From: Lepidodermella squamata
Lineage: Eukaryota > Animalia > Gastrotricha
Reading direction: 5' to 3'
Length of the DNA stretch: 64,000 nt
Assembly: GCA_047495785.1 (NCBI GenBank)
Contig: JBLDXI010000025.1
Coordinates: forward strand, 806,001-870,000
In this document: positions 11,874-22,993 of the stretch, piece after piece
How the letters are laid out: the number at the start of each line of letters is the position of its first letter
How positions within the stretch are numbered: the stretch's first letter is position 1
Made by a program: the position numbers and the translations under genes
Notes under the pieces: model-generated
What the model saw: the letters and a program-made list of their open reading frames with translations, nothing else
Databases searched by the model: none
What the model was told of the DNA's origin: nothing

Positions 11874-12547
11874 CCGTAACAACCTGATATTTTTCATTCT
11901 TCAATATTCCTTCGTAAGCGTAAGGATTTGACAAGGGGGACACCAAAAGTACAACTCTGAACACCAAGATTTCGTGAAATTGAAAATCCACCTTTATACC
12001 GCAGAGCTGGAAACCATGCAAAAACCGCGTGCCTAGCCCGTAGGAAATTTATTCAAATTATTAAATTCAAATTAAAAATTCAAATCTCGCCATAACATCT
12101 TCATTTCAAGCCATGGCACCTGATGATTTTACCAGCGACCACTGCAAAAATTGAGCAAAAATGTGATGTGAGTGAGCTGCATTCCCGGGGTAAACCTCAG
12201 AGCAGAAGCCGTCGAGGTCCGCAGAAATCAACACGAGTCACAGATGTGATTTACATGTCGTTGTCGCATCAACATGGCATCCACATTGACGATAACAGTT
12301 TGCTAGATTCTAAGTTAGGTACTTGCTACGCAGATTTAACGTAGATTGCCCTTCCGAATTCTGTTCAACTAAAATAGAGTGTTGTTACTTAAAAGCCTTT
12401 ATTTCCATTATTTCCCATTCAAAAGCAGCAAAGAACAACCAAGCCCTGAGATGATTAAGGAGTGTTTCATCACGGTGTCATGCTAAAGCGTAGCTACTTA
12501 TGCATCCGAATTCTCTTCTCACATCACGAATGCTGCTCCTCAATACA

Positions 12548-12917
12548 TCAGATCTTGACGTAGGCTAAATGGCCACTACCGAGGACTTTCTTCCCGGCGC
12601 AGCCAGTATAGATGCTACAGAATTCAAGCCTGGCGTTGAAGCCGAAAGCGCGGCAGGCTTTAGCTGCGTTACACCTGTCAGCGCACACCTGAACCTTTGC
12701 AGCGTTTGTCGTGCCACCAATAGTGTTGCTAGCACTGCCTATTCTTTCGTAGCAGTCTTTTGTACTAGACTTGTAGCCAGCAACAGCTGAAAGAACAAAT
12801 TGATTCAATTTCAACTTCAGAAGTAAAATAGTCAGAAAACTTACTGGGGTTTTGCGCCGCGATGACTGAAATGATAGCCATGAAAACCGTCAATGCAGGG
12901 AGCAAGGATCCAGCCAT
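12548..12917 (-). CDS. PAN3: secreted PAN/apple protein (exons 12917-12845 and 12786-12548)
   Basis: Phase-1 GT-AG intron after the signal peptide; mature region TVAGYKSSTKDCYER...CADRCNAAKACRAFGF...CSIYTGC...YVKI. Confidence 0.85.
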
Positions 12918-13312
12918 TTCAATTGTAAATGAGAATGAAGTTGATAAAGTGAAAATGTTAATAATGAAATTCGGCGCATTAGTGGTGGTATTTATTGAGT
13001 CCGCCAAGGTTTTCGGAAGAAAAAAGGGACATGACGAATCATTTTGCTGCTGAATACACGAAGAAGTGCGTGATCGAAGTGCGTGACTGATGCGTTGAAA
13101 TATAACGCTGGTATTAAAATTCAAACATCTTGCCACAAACAGCAGGTGTTACGTTGTTTATTTACTTGTCAAGTATTATTCACCACAGAATATCACGGAC
13201 TAAGGCTTAGATGCTGCAAAATACGTAGTCCGTGATATTTCTGAGGTGAATGTTACTTGACTGTTAAGTTAACATTTTCACTTTATCAACTTTATTCTAA
13301 TTTACAATTTAA

Positions 13313-13630
13313 ATGGCTGGATCCTTGCTCCCTGAATTGGCGGTTTTCAAGGCTATCATTTCAGTCATCGCGGCGCAAAACCCCAGTAAGTTTTCTAGCG
13401 CCGGCGGATGCTGGCTATTGCCCTTGAATTGTTACTTTCAGCTGGCTACAAGTCTAATGGAAAAGGTTGCTACGAAAAAACAGGCAAATACAACAACGTT
13501 ATTGGTGGCAGGCGGCCCAAGATTCAAAGCACTTGTGTTCTCGCCGAGCGACCATACCTGTATCTTGTATAAGAGCTGTGCCAGCGAGACCACGCTCTTC
13601 GATGGACAAGTGGCTTTTGTCAAGATCTGA
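13313..13630 (+). pseudogene. PAN4 pseudogene
   Basis: Aligns with PAN6 but lacks the CADIC...CRA segment (a frameshifting deletion after IQS) and lacks the proximal promoter 15-mer. Confidence 0.8.
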
Positions 13631-14519
13631 AGTTTTGCGGAGCAGTAGTCGTAATGAGAGAAGATAATTCGGATGCATAAGTAGCTACGCTTTAGCATGA
13701 CACTGCGATTTAACATTCCTTAATCATCTCAGGGCTTGGTTGTTCCTAGCTGCTTTGGAATTTTGGTTCATTCTATTGGACACAGAAATGTACGTTCAAT
13801 CTGCGAAGTCTATGAGATTTCAAAGAGACATTAGACTTGCCCACCATCCATGACTACAGATTCACTCCGATCGACATTCAGCCCTTGCGGTGCGGTTACA
13901 TTCCAGATGCGCTTGGTTAAACGCCATTTTTCTGAGTGTGTGCGTACAACCTTTATTTGAATTCCTGTACTATATGGATGTTTATGGAAGAGAAGAGGAT
14001 TTGGTATGGATTGGGAGATTTTAGATTCCAGATTCTGTAGGCATGATTCCTTCATTTCGGTTAATAATAAAATAAAAGGCATGTTCTTCTATTTTACAAT
14101 CAGCTTTCCCGGCATTTCCTTATCCAATGATTATAGCGCAGTAATTCTGCCAAATTTTGTGTAGTGGCATACTTGATACTTGCCTACTGAAACTTCGAAA
14201 GTCATAATACAACATCAAAGGGGAACATTTTAACAGGATGAAAAAATTCGCGGAAATGCTCAAAAAGAGATGAAAATTAATAGCAAGCTCGCTTACATTT
14301 ATTACATTCTCAAAATCTTCAAATCAAATATTGCTACAATTTAGTTTCTCTACACAACTCAGAAACAATTAATCCCAGATTGAAAATTGATCGATCTTGC
14401 CAACGGTCTGCAGCAATTGGGCTATTCGGTCGTGTTTCTTAGCCTTCGCGACAGCAAGTGGGGAGATACCAAAATCATTGCTCATTGTGGCCATAGCAGG
14501 GCAATTCTGCAACAACAAG

Positions 14520-15181
14520 TGTGGCGGTGACAGGTTGTAGTCCCGCCACGCTTCATTGAACACGCGATTCGCGGTCGCGTGCGCTGCCCCTCTCTTATCA
14601 TTTTGTTTCAACTTCTCTCATTTTTTATAATAATTCCACGAATCTCTACTTACCTACGTTGCCGGCAGATCGCCGTTAAAACACCTTATTTGAATCCTAC
14701 CTTTCGTTATTAGAACATTTATATATAATATTTGTCGGTTATTCCTCGCGTCGGTCCGCGCCCTCACACTGCCTCCTTACCAAGCGGCATCGGTAATTAT
14801 TTTGTTACGCTCACCTGTTCGCTCTTTCTTACCTCGCCTTCTTGTTTCAGACCGAAGTCTAGCTTACATTCACCGCCCGTTCCGATCCTAATCCTAGCCT
14901 CTTGTTACCTATCACGCGATCGGTATGTCCCCAATCCTATTTCCGCCTTCTCGGGCATACAATATGTTTTATTATTAGGACGCGCTTATATTTCGCTAAC
15001 CGCCTGTCTTGCCTCTGCCCATTTTACTGCCCTGTCCTTGTTTGAACCCGGTATGCCGATCCTCTTGCTTCTTTCGACTGTCATTTGAACCTTTAAATTG
15101 TACAGGGCCTTACCTTTGAGAATAAAAGGACGTAACGCGACTCGAGCTTCCTTGGTGTCTATAAAAGTCGTCCCCGTTACA
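14520..15181 (+). repeat. 5' LTR-A (662 bp)
   Basis: TGTGGCGGTGAC...CCGTTACA; direct repeat of 21610-22270. Confidence 0.95.
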
Positions 15182-15182
15182 C

Positions 15183-15200
15183 TGGTGCATCGGCCGGGAA
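15183..15200 (+). promoter_or_regulatory. Primer-binding site, tRNA-Gly(GCC) type; repeated at 22272-22289
   Basis: TGGTGCATCGGCCGGGAA is complementary to the metazoan tRNA-Gly 3' end (...TTCCCGGCCGATGCACCA). Confidence 0.85.
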
Positions 15201-15206
15201 ATTGCA

Positions 15207-17057
15207 ATGGGCAAAACAACTCGCAGCGGAAAGGGCGTCCCGTCGCCGATCCCGCCTACGCCGCCGAAACAAGGCGGTCGCGGAGGTTCCCGCGGTAGTA
15301 CTCGCGGTGGTCGTGGTGGCTCCCGAGGTGGCCGGACCGGGTCTGGTGGGCTTCGCTCGCCCTCACCGCACATGACTTCGGGCTGGTCCGCCGATGAGCA
15401 GTCTCCTCCTCCCCTGACTTCTCCTCCGCGTCGCAGTGGCGGCAACAAGAGACGGCAGGCCTCGCCTCCGCCCGTGCCGGCGCCGACTCGACAGCCGGGC
15501 GCAATGCTTGGTGGCAACCCGGCTGGCGCGCAGGGCAAAGCTACCTTGATCTTGCCTCCGGATGAATTCGAGGCCTTCTGCGAAACCGTCGACTGCGCCA
15601 CGCTCGCTCGGTTCCTAGCCAGGGAGTTAACGGCCATCGAAGCCCTTTCTAACGGACCGGAGCGCGACTACCAGGTGCAGCGCTACCATCGCCTCCTGGA
15701 TCTTCAGGAACGAAAGGAGGACGAGGCTCTAGACCGCGAACTTCTGGGGCGGATGCTCGCCATTGACCCGTTGGCTCGGCAATATCGTGACCCTTCGCCT
15801 CAACGGCCACGAACTAGTTCGCTGAAATCCGGGTCTTCAACCCGGCATGACTCGGCATTTGACTCGGCCACGACTACAGCCGTTCCGTCCTCGCGGGTAC
15901 ACTTTGCCCCGTCCAGCATTTCGTCGGCCTTGGCGGCCCCTATCAAGCTCAAGGACTTGCTCGAGAAGCAGGGCGTGAACGAGCCGCTTCTCACTTTCGC
16001 GGCCCGATGCCGCGAGACCCTGAAGGATCTGGACCCGGAATCGACCCCGGTGGTCATCAAGCAACTTCACGGGCTGTTAAACGAGAAGTGCAAGGCGGCC
16101 CTGAGTAGCCTTCTCGCTGCATCGCGGGTGCCAGCAACCATCGACCAGTTGTTCAAGGAGCTTCAACGGCGCGTCCCGTCTACGGCCCTGGAAGAACGGC
16201 CGAAACAGGGCGCCGACGAATCAGTTGTCATCTTCGGCGACACATGCCGGCGCCATATGAAGCAGACTCACCCGGAACTCCCCGAAGATGCCGTTGACGA
16301 GTTGGCCGCTCAGCTGTTCATCGATGGGCTTCGCCCTGGCGAACCTCTCAACCGAGCTCTTCAACGTTACGAGGAGTTCAAGGCGGACTTTGGTTACCCG
16401 CCGCGATTGCCGGTATTGGTCAACTGGGCCGCAGCGGTCGAACGAGCCGAGTTGCGACTCAGACGCGCCGACGATTCGAAGCCTAAGCAGAAGCCGGCCA
16501 TCACCATCGCGCCGGTCGAGGTGGCGCCGAGCGAGAATGGGCCGAGGCCGCCTCGGCACAAGGGCGCCAATCAGCCTTCACAGCGCCAGTCGCAACAACA
16601 GCGGCCACCGCACGCTCAACAACAGTTCGCCGGGTCGTTTCAACCCTACCACCAGCCGAATAACTCGCAACCGCCGCCCCCTGTTTACGCTCAAGGGCAG
16701 GCCACCCCCGCCCAGCATCCGGCGATACAGGCGTTACAACAGCCGCCCCAGTTCGTTCATCAACATGGCACAGCCGATAGCTACAACATGCAGGCGTTCC
16801 AGCAACGACCGCCCGGTTCTCAACCACCGCCTTTCCGTCCCCATGGCCGGCCGCCGGCGCAACGCAATGGCCCCCGGCGACCGCCGTGGCCCGAGGACAT
16901 CAGCCAGATGGCCTACTTCCACCAGCTCAACGTCTGCTGGCGCTGCGGCGCGGCCGACCACAGCTTCCGAGACTTTGTTTGCCCGTTGATGCCGGCCCAG
17001 GTTAAGGCGGCCGTTGCCGGCATGCCGCCGCCACAATCAACTTCTCAGTCAAACTAA
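15207..17057 (+). CDS. gag: Gag (616 aa)
   Basis: First ORF after the PBS; KQGADESVVIF capsid-like motif; C-terminal zinc knuckle CWRCGAADHSFRDFVC. Confidence 0.9.
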   Translation: MGKTTRSGKGVPSPIPPTPPKQGGRGGSRGSTRGGRGGSRGGRTGSGGLRSPSPHMTSGWSADEQSPPPLTSPPRRSGGNKRRQASPPPVPAPTRQPGAMLGGNPAGAQGKATLILPPDEFEAFCETVDCATLARFLARELTAIEALSNGPERDYQVQRYHRLLDLQERKEDEALDRELLGRMLAIDPLARQYRDPSPQRPRTSSLKSGSSTRHDSAFDSATTTAVPSSRVHFAPSSISSALAAPIKLKDLLEKQGVNEPLLTFAARCRETLKDLDPESTPVVIKQLHGLLNEKCKAALSSLLAASRVPATIDQLFKELQRRVPSTALEERPKQGADESVVIFGDTCRRHMKQTHPELPEDAVDELAAQLFIDGLRPGEPLNRALQRYEEFKADFGYPPRLPVLVNWAAAVERAELRLRRADDSKPKQKPAITIAPVEVAPSENGPRPPRHKGANQPSQRQSQQQRPPHAQQQFAGSFQPYHQPNNSQPPPPVYAQGQATPAQHPAIQALQQPPQFVHQHGTADSYNMQAFQQRPPGSQPPPFRPHGRPPAQRNGPRRPPWPEDISQMAYFHQLNVCWRCGAADHSFRDFVCPLMPAQVKAAVAGMPPPQSTSQSN

Positions 17058-17074
17058 AAGGGCAGACGGGCCAG

Positions 17075-20000
17075 GTGGCCGCCCGTTCCTGCCCTCCTGA
17101 TGCTGCGATTGCCACCTTATCCGCCGCCCTGGACGCGTGCTGCGTCTTCACCGTTGCCGGGCACGCCGTCTCGGGCCTGTTGGACACCGGCGCTAATGCG
17201 ACCATCGTCACGCCGGAACTCTGCACCTTTCTTGGCCTACCCATACAGCCGCTAGAACACAAGGTCGTCATGCGCACGGCCGATGGGCGTCTTGTTGATC
17301 CCAGCCACATCCGCGGTACCGCCTTGTTGCCATTCGCCGTTTCCTCGAATGAGTCCTACTTTCACCGCGCCTTCGTGCTGGCCAATTCTAGCCACGACCT
17401 TATCGTGGGACTCGACTGGCTTCTCCGGCTACAAGCGATCATCGACCTACGTCGCCTCATGTTAGTTGGCACGACCTGGGAGTTGCCCATCACCCTTGCG
17501 CCGCCCGCCGGTCCTCGCTGGGCCTCAGTCTGCGTCGAAAGCCTGCCCGGCCTCGATACTGGCGTACTCGTCAATGGGCACATGACCGCTGCTCGCATCA
17601 GCACTAGCGCGCCGACTTCGACGGCTACCCCGGCGTGCATGTCCATGCTGGGTGCTGCCTGGGCGCCGTTTGAGCCCGACTCTTCGCCTCGTTTGTCCTC
17701 GCCGACCGGCCGCGTTACGCCTTTAGGCCTAGGCTTCGTCCGCCTCGACACGGCTACTCACTCGGCGAGCCTACCGGTACTTGTTGTGGAAAGCGACCGG
17801 CATTGTTTCACGGTTGGTGGCTCGGTGTTGTTCACGAACCGGGCCGAGTTCAACCTCGCCTCGGGTCAGCTCTCTTTCTCGCCACCCAACCCGTCCGAGT
17901 CGCTACCTGACGATGTTCGCGCGCTTATCGACCGCTCCGTTATGGGACTGAACGCTGAGGATGGCGACGCGCTTCGACAGCTCCTCACCGAGTTCGCGCC
18001 GATATTCAGCGACAGTTCGATGGGCATTCGCCTGAAACAGCCCTTACTGATTGAGACGACGGCGACGAAGACCATCAGCGTGCCTCGCCGCTACATGGGT
18101 CCGCACAAGAAGTCCGAGCTGCGTAAGCACCTCAGATTCTTGCGCGAGCGGGGCCTGATCGAGCCCGGCAACTCGCCGAACGCCTGCTGCCCGGTCATCG
18201 TCCCCAAGCCCTCGGCCGCGGATCCCAATGGCACCCGGTTCACGGTCGATTTCAGGCCGCGGAACAAATTCCTGCCCGATCGGTATCACGTCCCGCCGCT
18301 CTGGGAGGACGTGATTGAACGGCTGCATGGCGCCACCGTCTTCTGCCGCTTGGACTTGCGCCAGGCCTTCCACCAGTTGCCGTTGGACGAATCTTGCCGC
18401 GATTTAACGACTTTTTACGGGGCCGATGGCGAGAAGTGGCGCTACGCGGTGTTACCCATGGGTCTGTCGGTTAGCCCTGCCCTGCTGCAGTCAGCGATGC
18501 AGAATGAAATCCTGGACGGTCTCCTCGACCTCTGCATCGTTTACCAGGATGACTGCCTGGTCTACGCCGACAGCGTCTCAGAGCTACTTCGCCGCCTCCG
18601 CCTGGTCTTCGAGCGCTTCCGAGACTTTCGCGTCAGCGTTTCCGCCGCCAAGTGCGAGCTCGCTCGCCCTGAAGTAAAGTTCCTTGGCCGTCGCCTTTCT
18701 GCCTCGGGCGTGTCTCCGGACCCCGATCGTACCCGCGACATCGCGCTCTTTCCTCGCCCTACCTGCCGCCGCGATGTTCGCTCGTTCCTGGGCACCTGCA
18801 ATTTTCTGCGCGCCCATCTGCCTGACTTCGCGACGCTGGCCGCGCCCTTGTCCGCGCTCACCTCGAACGCCGTGCCGTTTGCCTGGTCGGACGACTGCGA
18901 AAAGTCGTTCCTCGCCTTGAAGGCCGCCTTCCAGCAGCCGGGCATCCTGGTTTACCCGGACTTCTCCCGAGCGTTCAAGGTGATGTGCGATGCCTCGGAC
19001 GTCGGCTTGGGCTGCCTGCTCATGCAGACTGGAGATGACGGGCTCGACCGGCTGGTCGCCGCGCACAGCCGCCTGCTTTCGCCCGCCGAGCGGAAGTACC
19101 CGGCCCTGGAGAAGGAGTGCCTCGCGATCGTCTTCTCGTGCGACCGCTTTCGAGAATACCTGCTTGGCACCAGGTTTGTCCTCGAAACCGACCACAAGGC
19201 GCTCCTGTGGCTGCAGACGCTACGCGACCCGAGCAAGCGAGTCTGGCGTTGGCTTGAGCAGTTGGGCGACTACCAGTTCGATCTGGTACACCGACCTGGT
19301 CGCCTCAACCTCGCCGACGGCCTCTCGCGGCCCTCGGTCGATTCGGACGAGACCGGCTACACCTACGACGACACCGCCTTTCCCGACGCGACCTGCGCCG
19401 CCTCGTTGTCGGTAGCCGACTCGTTTCGCCTCGACCCGGCCGAGCTCCGTGCCGCTCAGCTGGCTGACCCCGATCTCGGACCTGTCCTACGCCATCTCGA
19501 CCTCGGCGAAGCTCTGCCTCAGCCACTCTCTGCCGCATCCGCTTGTCTCTTTCGTCACTGCAACGCAGTCTCCAAGGACGAAGCCGGCGTGTTTTACATG
19601 TCGGTGGAAGACCGGCTCTTCCCTCGGCTTTGTCTTATCCTTCCCGCTGTCCACGTGCCGCAGGTGATCCGCGTCGCTCATGACGCGCCCTCGTCTGGTC
19701 ACCTCGGTCGGTTCAAGACGCTGGAAAGGATACGGGACTACTGCTGGTTCCCGGGCTGCTACAGCGCGGTGCGGCGGTACTGTCGCGAGTGCGAGACCTG
19801 CAAGGTCCGGAAGGCGACGAATCAGTCTACAACCGTGCCCTTGGTGCCGATCAGGCACGCCGACGAACCCTTCGCACTAGTTTGTATGGACCTGGTCGGG
19901 CCGATCGAGCCGCCGAGCAGTCAGGGCCATCGCTGGTTGTTGACGCTCTACGATGCCTTTTCCAAGTTGCTAGTCGCCTACCCGCTCCGTTCCACGAAAG

Positions 20001-20941
20001 CCCCAACCATCGTGGCGTGTCTGGAACGGTTCATCAGCGATTTCGAGCTACCGGCCGCTTTGCTGACGGACCGCGGCCCGAACGTAGACTCGTTCGCCGT
20101 GCGGGATTTCTGCGACAGTCTTGGCATTCGTAAGCTTCGAACCAGCCGGTACAACAGCCGCGGCAACGCCCTGGTCGAGCGCAGCCACAGGGTCCTGGCG
20201 GACATCATCGCCACCGGCATCGATAAGGCCAACCCGCGCTCGTGGCACCTCCAAGTGTTGCGTGCCCTCCGCGCCTACAAGACGGCGGTGCACGAGGCGA
20301 CAGGCGTCTCGCCCCACGAGCTGGTATACGGCTACCCAGCCCGCACGGCCATCAAGCTGCTCGCCGGCCCGCAGGCGGGGCCAATCGACGCGCCCACGGG
20401 AACGCCCGTTCAGCAGGTCGGCGCCAAACGTGATCGGTTGGACGCGCTTTGGCAGCACGCCTCCGCCAACCTCGACCGCGCCCAAGCCCACCGCCGCGTG
20501 ACGAACGACCGCCGTGCCAACTCGCGCCGCTTTGCCGTCGGCGACACCGTCGGGTTACTCCTGGAGGAACACGAGCGCAAGGGGAAGTTCGCGCCCCGCT
20601 ACCGAGGTCCGTTTGTGGTCACCGCCGTCAACGAGGCCAACAACGACTACCAGTTGGCCCCGGCCGAAGACCCGACTACGACGCTCCCCTGGACGAACCG
20701 GCGTAAGCTGGTCTCGTTCCCGGCATCGAACTCGTCCCTGGCCTCCAAGGCCCCGTCGGAAGTGGCGCTCCCGACGCGTAACGAAGCGCCACCAGCTGTT
20801 CGCCGGCCTCTCGTGGAGGGGGAAGAAAGCGCCAAGCTGCGCCCGACTGCCTCCCTGAAACAACCCGACCGCCTGAACGTCGGCCTGTTGATCCGCCTGG
20901 CCTTCCTAGCCGCGGAAATAGCCAAACGGCTCCGAAAGTAG
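17075..20941 (+). CDS. pol: Pol: protease (plus a degenerate second protease), RT, RNase H, integrase; -1 frame relative to gag
   Basis: LLDTGA; RT motifs LDLRQAFHQL, LPMGL and YQDD; RNase H motifs CDAS, EKE and TDH; integrase HHCC, MDLVGP/TDRG/VERSH and a GPF motif. Confidence 0.97.
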   Translation: MAARSCPPDAAIATLSAALDACCVFTVAGHAVSGLLDTGANATIVTPELCTFLGLPIQPLEHKVVMRTADGRLVDPSHIRGTALLPFAVSSNESYFHRAFVLANSSHDLIVGLDWLLRLQAIIDLRRLMLVGTTWELPITLAPPAGPRWASVCVESLPGLDTGVLVNGHMTAARISTSAPTSTATPACMSMLGAAWAPFEPDSSPRLSSPTGRVTPLGLGFVRLDTATHSASLPVLVVESDRHCFTVGGSVLFTNRAEFNLASGQLSFSPPNPSESLPDDVRALIDRSVMGLNAEDGDALRQLLTEFAPIFSDSSMGIRLKQPLLIETTATKTISVPRRYMGPHKKSELRKHLRFLRERGLIEPGNSPNACCPVIVPKPSAADPNGTRFTVDFRPRNKFLPDRYHVPPLWEDVIERLHGATVFCRLDLRQAFHQLPLDESCRDLTTFYGADGEKWRYAVLPMGLSVSPALLQSAMQNEILDGLLDLCIVYQDDCLVYADSVSELLRRLRLVFERFRDFRVSVSAAKCELARPEVKFLGRRLSASGVSPDPDRTRDIALFPRPTCRRDVRSFLGTCNFLRAHLPDFATLAAPLSALTSNAVPFAWSDDCEKSFLALKAAFQQPGILVYPDFSRAFKVMCDASDVGLGCLLMQTGDDGLDRLVAAHSRLLSPAERKYPALEKECLAIVFSCDRFREYLLGTRFVLETDHKALLWLQTLRDPSKRVWRWLEQLGDYQFDLVHRPGRLNLADGLSRPSVDSDETGYTYDDTAFPDATCAASLSVADSFRLDPAELRAAQLADPDLGPVLRHLDLGEALPQPLSAASACLFRHCNAVSKDEAGVFYMSVEDRLFPRLCLILPAVHVPQVIRVAHDAPSSGHLGRFKTLERIRDYCWFPGCYSAVRRYCRECETCKVRKATNQSTTVPLVPIRHADEPFALVCMDLVGPIEPPSSQGHRWLLTLYDAFSKLLVAYPLRSTKAPTIVACLERFISDFELPAALLTDRGPNVDSFAVRDFCDSLGIRKLRTSRYNSRGNALVERSHRVLADIIATGIDKANPRSWHLQVLRALRAYKTAVHEATGVSPHELVYGYPARTAIKLLAGPQAGPIDAPTGTPVQQVGAKRDRLDALWQHASANLDRAQAHRRVTNDRRANSRRFAVGDTVGLLLEEHERKGKFAPRYRGPFVVTAVNEANNDYQLAPAEDPTTTLPWTNRRKLVSFPASNSSLASKAPSEVALPTRNEAPPAVRRPLVEGEESAKLRPTASLKQPDRLNVGLLIRLAFLAAEIAKRLRK

Positions 20942-21609
20942 CCGCCTACTCGCCTGTGGCGGAACCTGCCTATATATGACGATATGATATGTTAGGACGT
21001 GACGCTTTATGATGAATTAACTTACCTCCGGCCGCAATCCGGCCGCTTTTGACGAGCCTGTCTCTAGGCGGCGTCCCATTTATCGCACGGAATTTGATTT
21101 CGCCTCAGACTTTTGCCTAAGAGAAAAAATATGCCGTCACTCGCGATCTCGCTATTTAGCATGCCTTACCTTCCCGCGGCGCGCCGCACATTATTGTTGT
21201 ATATATTGTAATTGCTCCGGAGCTCCTCTCCTGTCCTTCTCATTGTCGTTCTTGTAAAAAGTATAAATACCTATGCGTAAAAAGTGGATAAAACTCTTGT
21301 TAATAATCCTGTCCTGTTAATACGTCTTTCATATGACAGCCTTTTATACATATTCTACACATGTTGTTGAACCACCACCTTAAAATTTCCTAATAACCAA
21401 ATACCCGCGTGGCAACCCGAATTTTATATCTCTCACTCCAAATGTGAACGATAAAGTTATTTCATTGTACGCATTTATATATGTATTTTTTATTTTTTTT
21501 TATTTTGTACTTTCTTCTGAACTGTGGCATACCGGGAAACTCGTGATCTCTTCGCTTTCATCTCATCGTTCGACCTCCGATGCTTCGGCTTTATCTCAGT
21601 GGGGGAGAG

Positions 21610-22270
21610 TGTGGCGGTGACAGGTTGTAGTCCCGCCACGCTTCATTGAACACGCGATTCGCGGTCGCGTGCGCTGCCCCTCTCTTATCATTTTGTTTCA
21701 ACTTCTCTCATTTTTTATAATAATTCCACGAATCTCTACTTACCTACGTTGCCGGCAGATCGCCGTTAAAACACCTTATTTGAATCCTACCTTTCGTTAT
21801 TAGAACATTTATATATAATATTGTCGGTTATTCCTCGCGTCGGTCCGCGCCCTCACACTGCCTCCTTACCAAGCGGCATCGGTAATTATTTTGTTACGCT
21901 CACCTGTTCGCTCTTTCTTACCTCGCCTTCTTGTTTCAGACCGAAGTCTAGCTTACATTCACCGCCCGTTCCGATCCTAATCCTAGCCTCTTGTTACCTA
22001 TCACGCGATCGGTATGTCCCCAATCCTATTTCCGCCTTCTCGGGCATACAATATGTTTTATTATTAGGACGCGCTTATATTTCGCTAACCGCCTGTCTTG
22101 CCTCTGCCCATTTTACTGCCCTGTCCTTGTTTGAACCCGGTATGCCGATCCTCTTGCTTCTTTCGACTGTCATTTGAACCTTTAAATTGTACAGGGCCTT
22201 ACCTTTGAGAATAAAAGGACGTAACGCGACTCGAGCTTCCTCGGTGTCTATAAAAGTCGTCCCCGTTACA
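21610..22270 (+). repeat. Second LTR-A (661 bp), preceded by the PPT AGTGGGGGAGAG
   Basis: By eye it differs from 14520-15181 by one 1-bp indel and one substitution. Confidence 0.95.
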
Positions 22271-22993
22271 CTGGTGCATCGGCCGGGAAGTAGTGATCGT
22301 GGCAGTCGCTACAACCCGTTGGCCTGGAATCAGGGACTGTGGCAACCCTGCAACCTGTGAACGCCGTCCTCGCTCGAACGCTTGCCTGGAAACGACAGCC
22401 GCCCGTCCGTCTTGACCGCGCTTCCGCCGACACCTCCTTTCCGTTCCGTCCTGCCTTCCGTCCGCTGGTCGCGCCGTCATCCGCCTCGGTTCAGTCTTTG
22501 ATGGTCCGTCGACTCCGCCGTCTTCCGTTGCCTGCCTGTCTTCTGGTACCGTCAGCCTGTCTGGCTCGAATTGCCGTCTTGCGCTTCGAACCCGTACCGT
22601 CTGTTCTTCGCCTGGCTTTCCGTGTCCGCCGTCTGTTCGATGGAGTCGGTCGTCTACCTGGTTTCAACGGAATCAACAGGCGACCTGCGCCCGTGTGGCC
22701 CGTCTTGTGCCTTTCCGACCCGTTGTCGACGTGTGCACTCGACCGCCGCTGTTCGCCCGTCAGCACTCTGGTAGCCTGGTTAGCATCTGCGCCTGTGAAA
22801 ACCCCGCGTGGCAAACTGTCCGATCAAGCAAGTCCCGACCGACTGGAATCTCTGGCCTTCATCTTTCAACTGCCGCCGCCAAATGCGAACACTTTCTATT
22901 AAGACTATCAGTGATCATTCATTTCCGTGATTCATCTCTTTTACCGCGTGTAGTAAAATACTGATAGCTTTCGCTTGATTGAGTGGGGGAGAG

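Noticed and set aside
14732-15088. Identical 118-aa ORFs at 14732 and 21821
   Set aside because: Both lie inside the LTR-A copies with TTG starts; the identity reflects the LTR duplication.
15110-20925. Many overlapping and antisense ORFs within gag-pol
   Set aside because: These are shadow frames of a GC-rich coding region and show no recognisable motifs.
20700-20941. Chromodomain at the integrase C-terminus
   Set aside because: No chromodomain aromatic motif is visible after the GPF module.
22339-22902. 187-aa ORF in the passenger internal region as a possible env or accessory gene
   Set aside because: GTG start, low-complexity R/P/L/V composition, and no signal peptide or transmembrane anchor; probably non-coding.
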